Part shown: piece after piece, positions 1-8,590 of the stretch | Numbering within the stretch: position 1 is the stretch's first letter | How the letters are laid out: each line of letters begins with the position of its first letter | Source: Edaphobacter aggregans | GTDB taxonomy: Bacteria; Acidobacteriota; Terriglobia; Terriglobales; Acidobacteriaceae | Direction: 5' to 3' | Assembly (NCBI RefSeq): GCF_003945235.1 | Contig: NZ_RSDW01000001.1 | Coordinates: 4,080,001-4,112,000 of the forward strand | DNA length: 32,000 nt | The notes under the pieces: model-generated | Told to the model about the DNA's origin: nothing | Seen by the model: only the letters and a program-made list of their open reading frames with translations | Database searches by the model: none | Made by a program: the position numbers and the translations under genes

Positions 1-29
1 CTCTTCACTCACGCCAGTTTCGTCACCAC

Positions 30-60
30 GAGACGCCCTCGTCGTTGAGAAGGGCGTCTC
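30..60. repeat. 10-bp perfect inverted repeat (hairpin), possible terminator of the minus-strand gene ending at 114
   Basis: GAGACGCCCT (30-39) and AGGGCGTCTC (51-60) are exact reverse complements with an 11-nt loop. There is no T-tract on either side, so function is uncertain. Confidence 0.35.
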
Positions 61-113
61 AAGTTGGTCCCTTCATCTACTCTTCCACCTGATTCCTTCG
101 ACTTGTCGGCTTC

Positions 114-386
114 CTAAATGAAGGCTACGGATTGAATCCCGGCGACATCAAACCGCTTCCTGCACCGGACATTTTTGCACCCAACCATATCGTCCCGCCG
201 CACCATATAGCTCTGTGCCTTGGCAAAGCGGGCACGGTCACGATCGTCAGCACCGCGTGGCAGTTGAGCTTTCTTCCGCCTCACCAGCCAGCCCAATTCA
301 TACTCAGCCTGTTGCCCGCAGTGGGGACACGTCATCGTATGTGTGCGTTGTTCGGGCCGTTCATCAAAAAAATCGCGCTCTTCCAT
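114..386 (-). CDS. small zinc-ribbon-like hypothetical protein (~90 aa)
   Basis: Lies in ORF 114..425(-). Two paired Cys motifs, CPHC and CKNVRC, sit about 50 residues apart. The second Met (ATG at 386) is preferred because GAGGTG lies about 5 nt upstream. The longer start at 425 is possible. Confidence 0.55.
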   Translation of the reverse strand: MEERDFFDERPEQRTHTMTCPHCGQQAEYELGWLVRRKKAQLPRGADDRDRARFAKAQSYMVRRDDMVGCKNVRCRKRFDVAGIQSVAFI

Positions 387-526
387 GCTGCACCTCGCCG
401 GATGCGGCGCAACCTGCACACGCACCCCCCATGCAATCCTGCCTCAGTGGAGCCTCTGCGGGCAAGAGTATTGCATAATCACGGGGTACCACTGCGGTTC
501 TTTCCACGCGGTCGTCCAAACACTTT

Positions 527-709
527 ATGAGTAAGCCAAAGAAACAGATATTCTCCAAGATCAAAGCCGTCAAGGCCAACGCTCGCACTCGCGTGGGCGC
601 TCCACCACCTGAACGCGTCCTCCCCGACCCCAAACAGAAGCTCGCCGCCAAACCGAAGCATAAAAAGACCCTGGCTGACCTCATCAGCACCACAGGAGAA
701 GAATCATGA
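527..709 (+). CDS. small lysine-rich basic hypothetical protein (60 aa)
   Basis: ATG ORF with the same C-ending codon preference as neighbouring genes. Its stop overlaps the next start in ATGA (706-709). No family recognised and no clear SD. Confidence 0.45.
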   Translation: MSKPKKQIFSKIKAVKANARTRVGAPPPERVLPDPKQKLAAKPKHKKTLADLISTTGEES

Positions 710-1434
710 CTAAATTTCATCTCAGCGTTCTAGCCCTTTGCGCAATTGCTCTCGCAACCACAGCTGGCGCCCAGACCATCCAGGTCAACCGGGATAACCG
801 CACCATTGCTGTCACTGCCACCGACAAAGTCACCGTCATGGCCGACACCGCCACCGTCCACATCGGCTTCGTCGCCTACGGCCCCGACAGCGATACCGCC
901 TACGCCAACGGATCTCGCGTCTCCAACGCCATCATGAATGCCCTGACGACGGCCGGTATTCCGAGAGAGACAATCGAGAGCGAAAGCCAGAGTCTCGCCC
1001 CTTCCCAGAACTTCCAGGTGGACAGGCTTACCCCTGCCGAACGAACTCAGCGCCAGTTCATGGTGAACCAGAGCTGGACGGTTCGAACCCCAGCCGACAA
1101 CGCCGCTAGGCTACTGGACATCGCCGTCAAAGCCGGAGCCAACCAGTCCGGCCAGATCGAGTGGAGCTTCAGGGACGAGCATGCCCCCGAGTCTGAAGCC
1201 GCCGCCAAAGCCCTCAAGAGCGCCCGTACCCAGGCCGAACAGATGGCGACCAGTCTAAGCACAAAGCTAGGAGCCCTCCTCTTCGCCAGCAACCAGACGC
1301 AGGCCGAAGTCATTCGCCCCATGATGCGTGCGATGGCCGCACCCATGGTGGCGGGCAGGGCCGAGCCTCTCGCCATCAACCCACGCCAGATCGAAAAATC
1401 CGCCACCGTCTACGCAGTGTTCGCCATCGAGTAA
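706..1434 (+). CDS. SIMPL/DUF541 domain periplasmic protein (BP26/YggE-like)
   Basis: N-terminal signal peptide (LALCAIALATTAGAQT). AGGAG lies 7 nt upstream of the ATG. Length (242 aa) and sequence pattern (TIAVTATDKVTVMADTATVHIGF ... INPRQIEKSATVYAVFAIE) fit the SIMPL family as I recall it. Confidence 0.8.
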   Translation: MTKFHLSVLALCAIALATTAGAQTIQVNRDNRTIAVTATDKVTVMADTATVHIGFVAYGPDSDTAYANGSRVSNAIMNALTTAGIPRETIESESQSLAPSQNFQVDRLTPAERTQRQFMVNQSWTVRTPADNAARLLDIAVKAGANQSGQIEWSFRDEHAPESEAAAKALKSARTQAEQMATSLSTKLGALLFASNQTQAEVIRPMMRAMAAPMVAGRAEPLAINPRQIEKSATVYAVFAIE

Positions 1435-1481
1435 ACTTCCTCCCAGCGTTCGATCACCGTGTTCAGGAAAAAAGAGGCCCC

Positions 1482-2273
1482 ATGCCCGTCCATACCTATC
1501 GTGAACTCAAGCCGACCCCCGAAGCCGAAGCCATCTATCGCCGCTGGCTCGCGAACCTCAATGAAGAGTTCACCCGACACCAGAACTTCGAACGCCGCGC
1601 CGACATCGTCCGCGACGAGCTCTACCAGATGTACCTCGCCAAGACCCATGGTGGCCGCAAGCAGACGACCCTTACCAGCGAACTCGCCACCAACGTGCTG
1701 GCTGAGTGCTTCGATCCCCGTAACGTCACCCTTGAGCCTGAGTACTACGGCGACGTAAACGTCGAACAGTACAACCTCCGCAAGCCTCTCATCTGGTTCT
1801 GGCAGATGTTCGACCGCTCGCCGCTCGGCCTTAATCACTGGCTAGGCTTCCGGTTCCGATGCATGCTGGGCCGCCACATCTTCCGCCACCTCGGAACCGG
1901 CGTCAAAATCTTCCATAACGTCGAATTCACCTACGGCTACAACCTCACCATCGAGGACAACTGCACCATCCACAAAAACGTCATGCTCGACGACCGCGGC
2001 GAGATCATCCTCCACGAGGGCACCAGCGTCTCCGACTACGCCAACATCTACAGCCACACCCACGACATCAACACCCAGGCCGACGTCACCAACAAAGTCA
2101 CCGAGCTAGGCCCCCGGGCCCGCGTCACCTATCACGCCACCGTCCTGGCCGGTTCCACCATCGGCGAAAACGCCATGCTCGGAGCCATGGGTCTAGCCAC
2201 AAAGCCAGTACCCCCCGCCACTGTAGCAGTAGGCATCCCAGCCCACGTCAAACGCCAGAAGCAATCACAATAG
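1482..2273 (+). CDS. hexapeptide-repeat (left-handed beta-helix) acyltransferase with a ~110-aa N-terminal extension
   Basis: C-terminal half shows an imperfect hexapeptide periodicity (IFHNVEFTYGYNLTIEDNCTIHKNVMLDDRGEIILHEGTSVSDYANIY ... TVLAGSTIGENAMLGAMG ... VAVGIPA). AAGAGG lies 5 nt upstream of the ATG. Confidence 0.8.
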   Translation: MPVHTYRELKPTPEAEAIYRRWLANLNEEFTRHQNFERRADIVRDELYQMYLAKTHGGRKQTTLTSELATNVLAECFDPRNVTLEPEYYGDVNVEQYNLRKPLIWFWQMFDRSPLGLNHWLGFRFRCMLGRHIFRHLGTGVKIFHNVEFTYGYNLTIEDNCTIHKNVMLDDRGEIILHEGTSVSDYANIYSHTHDINTQADVTNKVTELGPRARVTYHATVLAGSTIGENAMLGAMGLATKPVPPATVAVGIPAHVKRQKQSQ

Positions 2274-2459
2274 ACAAGGCCCCGATTAGCGGGTGCGCCG
2301 ATGCCGTCCTTTGGTTCTTTTCCCGGCATTTTCCTTTGCGTTTACTTACTTCTCGGAGATGTCAAGTCCCCAAGCCACATATCTATATATGAATAAAGGA
2401 GATAGCCGTGGCGTATCAATTCCACCCGACCTGCTACACTGGACATAGTGATTGAAAAG

Positions 2460-2490
2460 GCCCAGGCCAACAGCCGGGCTTTTTCCTTTT
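2460..2490 (+). terminator. rho-independent terminator-like hairpin
   Basis: GCCC(A)GGC / GCCGGGC forms a 7-bp stem with one bulge and a 5-nt loop (2460-2479), followed by TTTTTCCTTTT. It lies 187 nt downstream of the acyltransferase stop, inside an AT-richer spacer. Confidence 0.5.
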
Positions 2491-2746
2491 AATCCTCCAA
2501 CATTGTAGAAAGAATGTCGTCTACTAAAATGCATAAAATCAATACTTTGCAGGAATCAAATTCGCCAACACCCTGAATCCAGAGACTTTCCGCGTTGCAG
2601 AAAATGCAAGTCCAACCATAACTCTTTTGTATCTAAGACTTTGCATAGAAAGAACCAAGGGGTAAAACGATCTACTCGGCCACCTGAAACGGTTATCGAC
2701 ATAACTCCAAGCCGGGACTCCTGCCCTCCGGTAGACTTGAGCAAGT

Positions 2747-3448
2747 ATGAATCAAGAAGTCGTACTAGTTATCTTTCAAGTCGTTGTTCTCATCCTCGCC
2801 TTCAGCGTGCACGAGTGCGCCCACGCCTGGACTGCCTGGCGTCTGGGCGACCCTACGGCTAAGATGCTCGGCCGCGTCACCCTGAATCCGATCAAGCACC
2901 TCGACATCTTCGGTTCGGTCATCTTCCCGCTTATCTCGCTGGTGTACGGCGGCATGTTAATCGGCTGGGCCAAGCCGACCCCGGTCACCGCCCGCAACTT
3001 CAAGAACTACCGCCGCGACGACATCCTCGTCACTCTCGCCGGTCCGGCCAGCAACCTGCTTCTAGCGACCGGTGCACTCATCCTGCTCATCGTCCTCAAG
3101 TACGTCATCCCCGGCGGGGTCGTGGCAATCGCCACCGCCGTCGCCCTTGCCTCAAAAATTCCCGGCGTCTCGACTGAAAATTTACCATCGCTGTTCCCCA
3201 TCGCGCTGCTGCTTTACTACATCATCTTCATCAACCTGCTGCTGTTCATCTTCAACCTCATCCCCATCCCACCGCTCGACGGCAGCCGCATCCTCCGCCA
3301 CTATCTGCCCTATGGAGCGCTGCAGGTCTACGATCGCATCGGGACGATTGGCCTCTTCCTCATATTCCTCCTAGGGGGAGGGGTAATCTTCCGCGTCTTC
3401 TTTTATCCACTGCTGGGTTTCTTCCAGCACATCCTCTTCAGCGTCTAG
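2747..3448 (+). CDS. site-2 protease family (peptidase M50) membrane metalloprotease
   Basis: HExxH motif in the first TM segment (VHECAHAW), multiple hydrophobic segments, and the second M50 motif NLIPIPPLDGSRIL. Confidence 0.85.
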   Translation: MNQEVVLVIFQVVVLILAFSVHECAHAWTAWRLGDPTAKMLGRVTLNPIKHLDIFGSVIFPLISLVYGGMLIGWAKPTPVTARNFKNYRRDDILVTLAGPASNLLLATGALILLIVLKYVIPGGVVAIATAVALASKIPGVSTENLPSLFPIALLLYYIIFINLLLFIFNLIPIPPLDGSRILRHYLPYGALQVYDRIGTIGLFLIFLLGGGVIFRVFFYPLLGFFQHILFSV

Positions 3449-3482
3449 GCGCGCATTTCCTGTAACCTTTTCTTTGACACAG

Positions 3483-4583
3483 ATGACTGAACAGACCCCT
3501 ATCACTTCGCGCCCCCGCGTCCTCAGCGGCATGAGACCCACCGGCCGCCTCCATCTCGGCAACTATATGGGCGCCCTCTACAACTGGGTCCGGCTACAGG
3601 ACCAGTACGAGTGCTACTTCTTCATCGCCGACCTCCACGCCCTCACCACCGACTACGCCGACCCCACGTCCCTTCGCCAGAACATCCGCGACGTAGCGCT
3701 CGACTTCCTCGCCGCAGGCCTCGACCCGGAACGCTCGACCATCTTCATCCAGTCCCACGTTCCCCAGCACGCCGAATTGCACACCCTCTTCAGCATGTTC
3801 ACCCCGCTCCCCTGGCTCGAGCGCGTCCCCACATATAAGGATCAGCAGGAGCAGCTCCGGGAGAAGGACCTCAACACCTACGGCTTCCTCGGCTACCCCC
3901 TCCTCCAGTCCGCCGACATCCTCCTCTACCAGCCGGACTTCGTCCCCGTCGGACAAGACCAGGTCGCCCACGTCGAGCTCACCCGTGAGGTAGCCCGCCG
4001 CTTCAACGCCCTCTACTGCTCCCAGCCCACCCCGGCCATCCAGAAGGCACGCGAAGACCACTCCGACAAGGAAATCATTGCCGCTGAGGTAGCTGCCAAT
4101 AACGTCACCGACGGCATCCTGCCCGAACCCAAGGTACTCCTAACCCCCTCCCCCAAACTCCCGGGCCTAGACGGCCGCAAGATGTCCAAGAGCTACTCCA
4201 ACACCATCATGCTCTCCGAGCCCGAGGCCGACCTCCGCGCCAAGCTTAAGACCATGGTCACGGACCCCGCGCGCATCCGCCGCACCGACGTTGGCAATCC
4301 CGATGTCTGCCCCGTCTTCGACCTCCACAAGGTCTTCTCCACCGAAGAAACACAGCAGAAGGTCCGCCAGGGCTGCACCACGGCGGGCATAGGCTGTATC
4401 GAGTGCAAAGGCTGGCTCGCCGACTCCATCGTCCGCGAGATCACCCCCATCCAGGAGCGCCGCCGCGCCCTCGAAGCCAATCCCAGCGAAGTCGACGCTA
4501 TCCTCTGGGACGGCTCCGCCCGCGCCCGCCGCCGCGCCATCCAGACCCTTCAGCACGTCCGCCAAGCCATGGGCCTCGAGTAA
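3483..4583 (+). CDS. trpS: tryptophan--tRNA ligase
   Basis: Class I signatures: HIGH-like RLHLGNY after SGMRPTG, KMSKS (GRKMSKSYSN), and TrpRS-typical GYPLLQSADILLY and VGQDQ. The ORF track starts at TTG 3474, but ATG at 3483 is more likely. Confidence 0.95.
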   Translation: MTEQTPITSRPRVLSGMRPTGRLHLGNYMGALYNWVRLQDQYECYFFIADLHALTTDYADPTSLRQNIRDVALDFLAAGLDPERSTIFIQSHVPQHAELHTLFSMFTPLPWLERVPTYKDQQEQLREKDLNTYGFLGYPLLQSADILLYQPDFVPVGQDQVAHVELTREVARRFNALYCSQPTPAIQKAREDHSDKEIIAAEVAANNVTDGILPEPKVLLTPSPKLPGLDGRKMSKSYSNTIMLSEPEADLRAKLKTMVTDPARIRRTDVGNPDVCPVFDLHKVFSTEETQQKVRQGCTTAGIGCIECKGWLADSIVREITPIQERRRALEANPSEVDAILWDGSARARRRAIQTLQHVRQAMGLE

Positions 4584-4588
4584 AGAAC

Positions 4589-5602
4589 ATGTCCGACGAA
4601 ATCATCCATCCCGATCCGAGCGCAAAAGAAGCAGACCCGGAAGAACTGAGCGCCACGAGTCCGGCTTCTGAGAATGAGGCCGCATCTCCTTCGGAAGAGC
4701 AATCTGTTGTATCGGACGTAGACGCTCCGCAGCCGCACGAACCCTTCGCCCTGCAGCATCCCGTCCCCGCGCCTGCACCCGAACCAAAACGCGCATCCGC
4801 GAAGGACAAAGAGAAGGAAGAGGCGTCGCAATCGCCATTCTCCGTCACCGTAGGCCAGGTCTACGACGGTCCACTCGACCTTCTGCTCGACCTTATCCGC
4901 AAGCAGAACATCGACATCTACGACATCCCCATCGCCCGCATCACCGCGCAGTTCCTAGACTACACGCACCAGCTCAAGCAGACCGACGTCGACTCTGCCG
5001 GCGAATTCATCTACATGGCTTCGCTGCTGATCCACATCAAGTCGAAGACGCTGCTCCCCCGCGATCCCTCCGACGTTCTCGGCGGCGACGCCGAAGACCC
5101 CCGTCGCGAGCTCGTCGAACGTCTCCTCGAGCACGAGCGTTTCAAAGCCGCCGCCCAGATGCTCCTACAAAAGCAGCAGATCGAAGAGGCTACTTGGACC
5201 AACCCCGGCATGCGCGAGTTCAAAGACTCCGCCGCTGCTGAGCGCGAGATCGCCGCCGACACCGTAGACCTCGTCCGCGTCTTCCAGGACATCCTCCAGC
5301 GCGTCCGGAAGCGCCCCGTTCTTGACGTCGACGAGGAGTCCGTCACCGTCGCCCAGATGATCGACTACGTCAAACGCCGCCTCGTCATGGAAGATAAGCC
5401 GGTCAGCCTCCGCCGCCTACTCCACAACACCCACACCGAGCGCGCCCTCATCTGTATGTTCTTGGCAATGCTGGAATTGGTCCGTCTACAGGCGGTCCTG
5501 TTGCACCAGCCCATTCAGCAAGGGGACATCCTCATTAAAAAAACCGACGCCTTCGACCAGGTCTTCGCCGACCAGCAACAAGCCCGCGACGACTGGCGTT
5601 AG
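4589..5602 (+). CDS. scpA: segregation and condensation protein A (kleisin ScpA) with a ~85-aa disordered N-terminal extension
   Basis: Canonical ScpA N-terminal block VYDGPLDLLLDLIRKQNIDIYDIPIARITAQFLDY and C-terminal winged-helix block ERALICMFLAMLELVR. Start ATG 4589 lies 5 nt after the trpS stop. The 4403 start in the ORF track overlaps trpS and is rejected. Confidence 0.9.
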   Translation: MSDEIIHPDPSAKEADPEELSATSPASENEAASPSEEQSVVSDVDAPQPHEPFALQHPVPAPAPEPKRASAKDKEKEEASQSPFSVTVGQVYDGPLDLLLDLIRKQNIDIYDIPIARITAQFLDYTHQLKQTDVDSAGEFIYMASLLIHIKSKTLLPRDPSDVLGGDAEDPRRELVERLLEHERFKAAAQMLLQKQQIEEATWTNPGMREFKDSAAAEREIAADTVDLVRVFQDILQRVRKRPVLDVDEESVTVAQMIDYVKRRLVMEDKPVSLRRLLHNTHTERALICMFLAMLELVRLQAVLLHQPIQQGDILIKKTDAFDQVFADQQQARDDWR

Positions 5603-5753
5603 GGGATACAGTTCTTTCTACATCCTGAACATCCGTCATCATAGGGCGAAACAAAGGCATCATCTTTCACATTCCTGTAACACCCCGTTTGCAAACCGCG
5701 CCTATCGTTCATCTCACCGAGAAATCATTTCGCGCAACCAGGTGAACGGACTT

Positions 5754-7364
5754 ATGGCAACTCCAGCCACATTACCCACTGGCTCTATCCTCGACGAAAA
5801 ACTAAAGAAGTCTTCCTCACCTGGCAAAGCCGGCGTTGTGGTCTTCGTACTTCTGCTCGGCGGCGGACTCGTCTACATCATCAGCCGTCTCGCCAACGAC
5901 CTTTCGGTCGTCCATCCCACCACTCTCTTCCCCTACTTCCTCCTCGGCATTGCCTTGCTGATTGCGCTTGGCTTTGAGTTCGTCAACGGCTTTCACGATA
6001 CCGCCAACGCTGTTGCTACTGTTATCTACACGCACTCGCTCGAACCCCACGTCGCTGTCGTCTGGTCTGGCCTTTGGAACTTCATCGGCGTGCTCACCAG
6101 TTCGGGGGCCGTCGCCTTCGCCGTTATCACGCTGCTGCCTGTCGAACTCATCCTCAAGGTCAGCGCCGGCTCCGGCTTTGCAATGGTCTTCGCCCTCCTC
6201 GTGGCCGCCATTCTCTGGAACCTCGCCACCTGGTACCGCGGACTTCCCGCCTCAAGCTCCCACACCATGATCGGTTCCATCATTGGCGTGGGCCTCGCCA
6301 ATCAGTTGATGCACGGAACCTCCGGGACGAGCGGTGTCGACTGGAGCCAAGCCACCAAAGTCTTCAAGGCACTCCTCTTCTCCCCGCTGATCGGCTTCAT
6401 CGGCGCCGCACTTCTCTTCCTGCTCTTCAAACTCGTCATGCGCGACCCACGTCTCTACGAAGCCCCCAAGGGCGCCGCTCCGCCGCCGTTCTACATCCGT
6501 GCACTTCTTGTGCTCACCTGCACAGGCGTCAGCTTCGCCCACGGCTCCAACGACGGACAGAAGGGCATGGGTCTCATCATGCTCATCCTCGTCGGAACCG
6601 TTCCCACGGCCTACGCGCTCAACCACACCGTCGGAGCGTCACAGGTTCAAACCTTCGTCGCAGTGTCTCAGCAGACGTCCGATGCTGTCAGTCGCTACGT
6701 CGATTCCAACGTCGTCATCGCGGACAGCGGCCCCGAGCTTCAACACTTCATTGCAACCCGTGAGTTCCACCCCACCACGATGCTGGCCCTGCAGATGATC
6801 GTCAACGATATTCGCAACGAAGTGTTCCATTACGGCTCGCTCGGCAGGGTTCCCGCAAATATGCAGGCCAACGTCCGTAACCAGATGTACCTTGCCAGCG
6901 AAGCAATTCGGTTACTGCCCAAGTACGGCCCCAAGATCTCCGATGCAGACCTCAAGATCCTTGCCAACTATAGGTCGTTCCTAGACAAATTCACCAAGTT
7001 CATCCCCACCTGGGTTAAAGTCGCCGTCGCCCTTGCGCTCGGCCTTGGAACCATGGTCGGTTGGAAGCGCATCGTCGTCACAGTCGGCGAAAAGATCGGC
7101 AAAACGCACCTAACCTATGCCCAGGGAGCTTCCGCCGAACTCGTCGCCATGTGCACCATCTGGGGCGCTGACTACCTCGGACTTCCCGTTAGCACAACCC
7201 ACGTCCTCTCTTCAGGCGTAGCCGGCACCATGGCTGCGAACAAGAGCGGCCTACAGATGTCTACGCTGCGAGACATCGCCCTAGCCTGGGTCTTTACTCT
7301 ACCCGCGGCAGCGCTCCTCTCCGGCTGTCTTTTCTGGCTCTTCAATTTGTTCGTCGTCAAATAA
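5754..7364 (+). CDS. pitA: inorganic phosphate transporter, PiT family (PitA-like)
   Basis: Both PHO4 signature repeats are present (GFEFVNGFHDTANAVATVIYT and SFAHGSNDGQKGMG). The C-terminus AWVFTLPAAALLSG matches E. coli PitA as I recall it. ATG 5754 has AGGTGA 8 nt upstream. GTG 5742 is the alternative start. Confidence 0.9.
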   Translation: MATPATLPTGSILDEKLKKSSSPGKAGVVVFVLLLGGGLVYIISRLANDLSVVHPTTLFPYFLLGIALLIALGFEFVNGFHDTANAVATVIYTHSLEPHVAVVWSGLWNFIGVLTSSGAVAFAVITLLPVELILKVSAGSGFAMVFALLVAAILWNLATWYRGLPASSSHTMIGSIIGVGLANQLMHGTSGTSGVDWSQATKVFKALLFSPLIGFIGAALLFLLFKLVMRDPRLYEAPKGAAPPPFYIRALLVLTCTGVSFAHGSNDGQKGMGLIMLILVGTVPTAYALNHTVGASQVQTFVAVSQQTSDAVSRYVDSNVVIADSGPELQHFIATREFHPTTMLALQMIVNDIRNEVFHYGSLGRVPANMQANVRNQMYLASEAIRLLPKYGPKISDADLKILANYRSFLDKFTKFIPTWVKVAVALALGLGTMVGWKRIVVTVGEKIGKTHLTYAQGASAELVAMCTIWGADYLGLPVSTTHVLSSGVAGTMAANKSGLQMSTLRDIALAWVFTLPAAALLSGCLFWLFNLFVVK

Positions 7365-7382
7365 CCACAAGCAGGGGCTGCG

Positions 7383-8537
7383 CTATCGCTTCTTCGCTCC
7401 GTCAAAGCTATCCCGCATAGCAAAGAACGCCTTCTTCGGCGCATAGTCTACATCGAAGGGAAGCGGCCGCTGCAATCTATCCGGATGCAGCGGCCGAAAC
7501 TTCGTTCCATGGTTCAGCCATGTGTTGCGGTCGCTAGCTCCCCACGTCAGCACAGCCTTGACCTCTGGGCCCCGCAGTGCAGTTGTGAGGTAGTCGTGAT
7601 ACACATCTGCCACGATCTGGTCACGCTGCGCGATATCGTCCGAAGTCACCTTGTCATCATTGACATCCATTTCCGTCACAAACACCTGCAAGCCCAGCGC
7701 CCGCGCACCATCCATCAATTCGTGAATCCCTTTGCCAAAATCAGTCTTCCCATCTGCATGAAGATGCGACTGGATCCCCAGCGCGTCCAGCGGAACATTG
7801 GCAGCCTTCATCCGGCGCAGTAGCGCTAACGTGGCCACCCGTTTACGGCCCTCTTCCTCGGTGTCATATTCGATCCCATACTCGTTGTAAGTCAGCAGAG
7901 CCTTCGGATCGACCTCTCTCGCAGTCCTGAATGCAATGTCGATATACTCCGGCCCCAGCATCTCAAACCACGGTGACGATGACCGCATCCCATCTGCCCG
8001 ACCATCTTTCATCCATATCGCCTCATTCACGACATCCCAGCTATGGATCTTCCCCTTGTACCGACCACCCACCGTCGTAATATGGTCAACCAGAAACTTC
8101 CGTGCATTCTCCTTGGTCACCGTGGACGCAAACCACTTCGGCAGCGCCTCATGCCAAACAAAGTTGTGGCCCCGCACCTTCATCCCATGCGTTTCGGCGA
8201 ATGCCACCAGGCTGTCCGCATCCGTAAACGAGTAGGTATCCGGCGTCGGTCGCAAAATATTCCACTTCAGACAGTTCTCAGGCACCAGGATGCTGTACTG
8301 CTCTGCCAGCAGATTCCTGAATTTCTCATCCTGCCGGAACAGCTCCGCATTTACGGCACACCCCGCCAACATCCCCCGGGCAGCGGCGCGAGCCTTCAGC
8401 GACCCTTTACCCGTAATATCCTCCGCGCCAGCGCCACGCATCGCCAGAACACTACGCCCCCCAGTCAGCCCCGGCAGAGCAACACCGGCTGCAACCCCCA
8501 TAACCTGCTTTACATAGTCCCTACGCGTAATCGTCAT
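7383..8537 (-). CDS. Tat-exported glycoside hydrolase family 10 endo-1,4-beta-xylanase
   Basis: Twin-arginine signal TRRDYVKQVMGVAAGVALPG. GH10 motifs GHNFVWH, WDVVNEA (acid/base Glu) and VTEMDV (nucleophile Glu). Confidence 0.88.
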   Translation of the reverse strand: MTITRRDYVKQVMGVAAGVALPGLTGGRSVLAMRGAGAEDITGKGSLKARAAARGMLAGCAVNAELFRQDEKFRNLLAEQYSILVPENCLKWNILRPTPDTYSFTDADSLVAFAETHGMKVRGHNFVWHEALPKWFASTVTKENARKFLVDHITTVGGRYKGKIHSWDVVNEAIWMKDGRADGMRSSSPWFEMLGPEYIDIAFRTAREVDPKALLTYNEYGIEYDTEEEGRKRVATLALLRRMKAANVPLDALGIQSHLHADGKTDFGKGIHELMDGARALGLQVFVTEMDVNDDKVTSDDIAQRDQIVADVYHDYLTTALRGPEVKAVLTWGASDRNTWLNHGTKFRPLHPDRLQRPLPFDVDYAPKKAFFAMRDSFDGAKKR

Positions 8538-8590
8538 TCACGCCTCCAGCCTGTGCATGAAATCTTACCTGTGGTTGGTATGCTTAGAAG

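Noticed and set aside
1-48. Possible 3' end of a plus-strand gene running into the window (frame 1, stop TGA at 46-48)
   Set aside because: Only 15 codons are visible, and the stop would fall inside the hairpin loop. This is too little evidence.
1070-1095. GGTTCGAACCCC string resembling a tRNA T-arm
   Set aside because: The flanking bases do not form a T-stem or acceptor stem, and it lies inside the well-supported SIMPL CDS.
4403-4588. N-terminal extension of the scpA ORF (start at 4403), overlapping the last 180 nt of trpS
   Set aside because: The extension is Arg/Pro-rich nonsense in an alternative frame of trpS. A proper ATG at 4589 sits 5 nt after the trpS stop, and conserved ScpA sequence begins only after it.
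6074-6763. 229-aa Arg/His-rich plus-strand ORF inside pitA, and similar Ser/Pro-rich ORFs inside the 9937-10524 gene
   Set aside because: These are alternative frames of well-supported membrane protein genes, with no start-site signals and implausible composition.
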